NCBI RefSeq assembly: GCF_902713615.1
Contig: NC_052153.1
Coordinates: 30,581,323-30,645,322, forward strand
DNA from: Scyliorhinus canicula
Taxonomy: Eukaryota
Reading direction: 5' to 3'
DNA length: 64,000 bases
Shown: positions 61,861 through 64,000 of the stretch, in pieces
Layout of the letters: each line of letters opens with the position of its first letter
Numbering within the stretch: the stretch's first letter is position 1
Translations under genes and position numbers: made by a program
Notes under the pieces: generated by a model
Told to the model about the DNA's origin: nothing
The model's database searches: none
The model's input: only the letters and a program-made list of their open reading frames with translations

Positions 61861-61944
61861 TCTCCACACAGATAGTCACCTGAGGTTGAAATCGAACCCG
61901 GGTCCCTGGCACTGTGAGCAGCAGTGCTAACTATTGTGTCACAC

Positions 61945-63950
61945 AGTTCATAGTCCTGTAATGTACAGCACAAAAGGTGCAGATCCAGGTATGTCTTAAA
62001 TGAATTTAGGGGTCTCTGCCTCCACCATGAACAGAGGCAGTGATTTACAGTCACCCACCACCTTCAGTGTCAAAAGTTTCCCCTCATGTCCCCTCTTATA
62101 CGTCTGCATTTATCTTGAATCTATGACCCTTGGCTTTTGAACTTTGCCAAGGGAAGCAGGTTCCTCTTGTCTCCTCTATCCCCACCCTCACAATTTTGTA
62201 TACCTCACTCATGCCACCCCTCAGCCGTCTTTGTTCCAATGAAAATTACCCAATCTCTCCTGGCAGCTGCAATTCTCCAGCGCTGACAACATTCTAGTAA
62301 CTCTTCTCTGCACTTACCAAAAAGGTTCGGTGGGGTTATTGGGTTACGGGATAGGGTGGAAGTGAGGGCTTAAGTGGGTCGGTGCAGACTCGATGGGCCG
62401 AATGGCCTCCTTCTGCGCTGTATGTTCTACGTATCTATGGTTCCAACAATTTTCTCACCACCGAAGCAAGACTAACCGAACTATAATCGTTTGGCCTTTC
62501 GTACCCTTTTTAAACAACGGAACCACATTTGCAATCCTCCAGACTTCTACACCTGTGGCTAGTGAAAATGGGATAATAATCCTCAGAGCATCTGCTACTT
62601 CCTCCCTGACCTCCTTCAACATCCTTGGAAAAATCCATCTGACCCTGGCAACTTATCCAATTTCAATGATTCCAATACATCCTCACTAATTATGATTATT
62701 TTATCCAATATTTCACAATGATCCTCTTGGATTACTATATCCACATCATCCCTTTCCTTTGTGAATACGGAGTCAAAAATGTGTTTAATCCTCTTCCCGT
62801 ATCCTCTGCAAATTCACACAAGTTCCATTCTTCATCTCTGATAGGTCCCACTTTTTTCTTAACTATCCTTTGCTCTTTATATGCTCGTAAAAAAAACTTT
62901 AAGTTTTCCTTAATCTTGCTTGCTAATATGTTTTAATGCCCTTTTTTTCATGCCCTCATTTCCTTTTTGACTTGATCCCCGTACTTTTCTATACTCCTCT
63001 AGACTATTGTGTGTAGGTGTTGAGTTTTGGCATAAGCTTCTTTTCTGTTTATTCTTCCCCTGTATCTTTCTGGACAACCATTGGGGTCTATATTTGACAG
63101 TACCATTCTTATTTTTGGATGGGACACATCTGCTTTGTACCCTCAGGATCTCACCTATTTGTCCTTCCCACTGATTTGCCACTGATTTATCCTTTAGCAG
63201 TCTTGTCAATTTCACCTTAACCAAATCACTTCTCACTTTTGTAAAATGTACCTTCCCACAGTTTAAACTTTGACTTCTGATTTATCTCTGTCCTTTTCCA
63301 GAATAATACCAAATATAACAGAATTGTGGTCACTACCCCGATAGGATCGCCCACTGTCACTTCACCCATTTGCCCATTTAATTCTCAAGATTAAATCCTG
63401 AATTGTGTCGCCTCTCATTAGATGTGCCATGTATTGTTCAAAAAAAAATTCCTGGACACAGTACACTTATCTTTCACCCTCAAAGCTCTTTACATTCTTT
63501 GAAACCCATTTGAAAAAGGGATAGTTAAAATCTCCGACTATTATTGGCCTCATACTCCTACAGGCAGAAATTGTCTATGCATGTTCTCCTCCATCTCCCT
63601 TTCACTATTTGTGGATCTGTGGTATACTCCTAGTAGTGTTTTGCCCATTTTTTATTCCTAAACTCAACCCTAAACCTCATTTGTTAACCCGTTAGTATAC
63701 CATCGCTCCTCACAACTGGAATTGATTGTTTAACCAATAATGCTACCCCCTTCTATTTTGTCACCCACTCTATCCTGCCTGTAAACTCTATATCGAGGGA
63801 TATTGAGCTGTCAGTTTTGCGCCTCCTTTAGCCATGTTTCTGTTATAGCAACAACACCCTGCAGCCAGGTGAGAGTCTGAGCCCTTAGCTCACCTACCTT
63901 ATTTGTAATACTCCTTGCATTGAAGTAAAAACAGTTCAATCCTGTGAAAC
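61945..63950 (-). mobile_element. CR1 LINE ORF2 (APE endonuclease + linker + 3' end; RT core missing)
   Basis: NCFYFNARSITNKVGELRAQ..VVAITETWLKE near 63830-63940; sequence jumps from SVSLASVVRKLLE (~62420-62465) to VQRRVTRM (~62290-62312). Confidence 0.85.
62313..62420 (+). mobile_element. HE1-like SINE 3' half
   Basis: Matches the reverse complement of 33706-33830. Confidence 0.85.
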
Positions 63951-64000
63951 CCTTTGCTGGATGCTTTTTAACCCTTGTTTCTTTTGTCTATCTAGGCCAC

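Overview
Eukaryotic, repeat-dominated genomic DNA from a cartilaginous fish, probably a catshark-type shark (inferred from HE1-type V-SINEs paired with CR1/HER1-type LINEs). I could not identify any host protein-coding gene. Every ORF in the supplied track that I can recognise is a transposable-element relic or a low-complexity/GC artefact. The window contains one nearly complete but dead PIF/Harbinger DNA transposon (5712-9567). It has 14-bp TIRs, a CAG target duplication, an intron-containing Myb/SANT-like gene and a convergent DDE transposase pseudogene. Five further Harbinger relics keep only the Myb-like gene, and there are several Harbinger MITEs, some nested. Other elements: many CR1 LINE copies; RTE, L1, L2 and Rex1/Babar fragments; about 18 tRNA-derived SINEs; a probable solo LTR; a Penelope-type terminal fragment with a hammerhead-ribozyme-like core; a 30-bp minisatellite; and an assembly gap in a poly-G tract. 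The most unusual observations are (i) CpG-rich MITEs carrying clustered NRF1 and CRE motifs, (ii) local templated-insertion scars, one of which swapped a MITE core for neighbouring L1 DNA, (iii) a tRNA-headed bipartite LINE derivative, and (iv) a SINE family with two alternative tails. Boundaries of degenerate repeats are approximate (tens of bp). Family names come from recognition of motifs, not from database searches.
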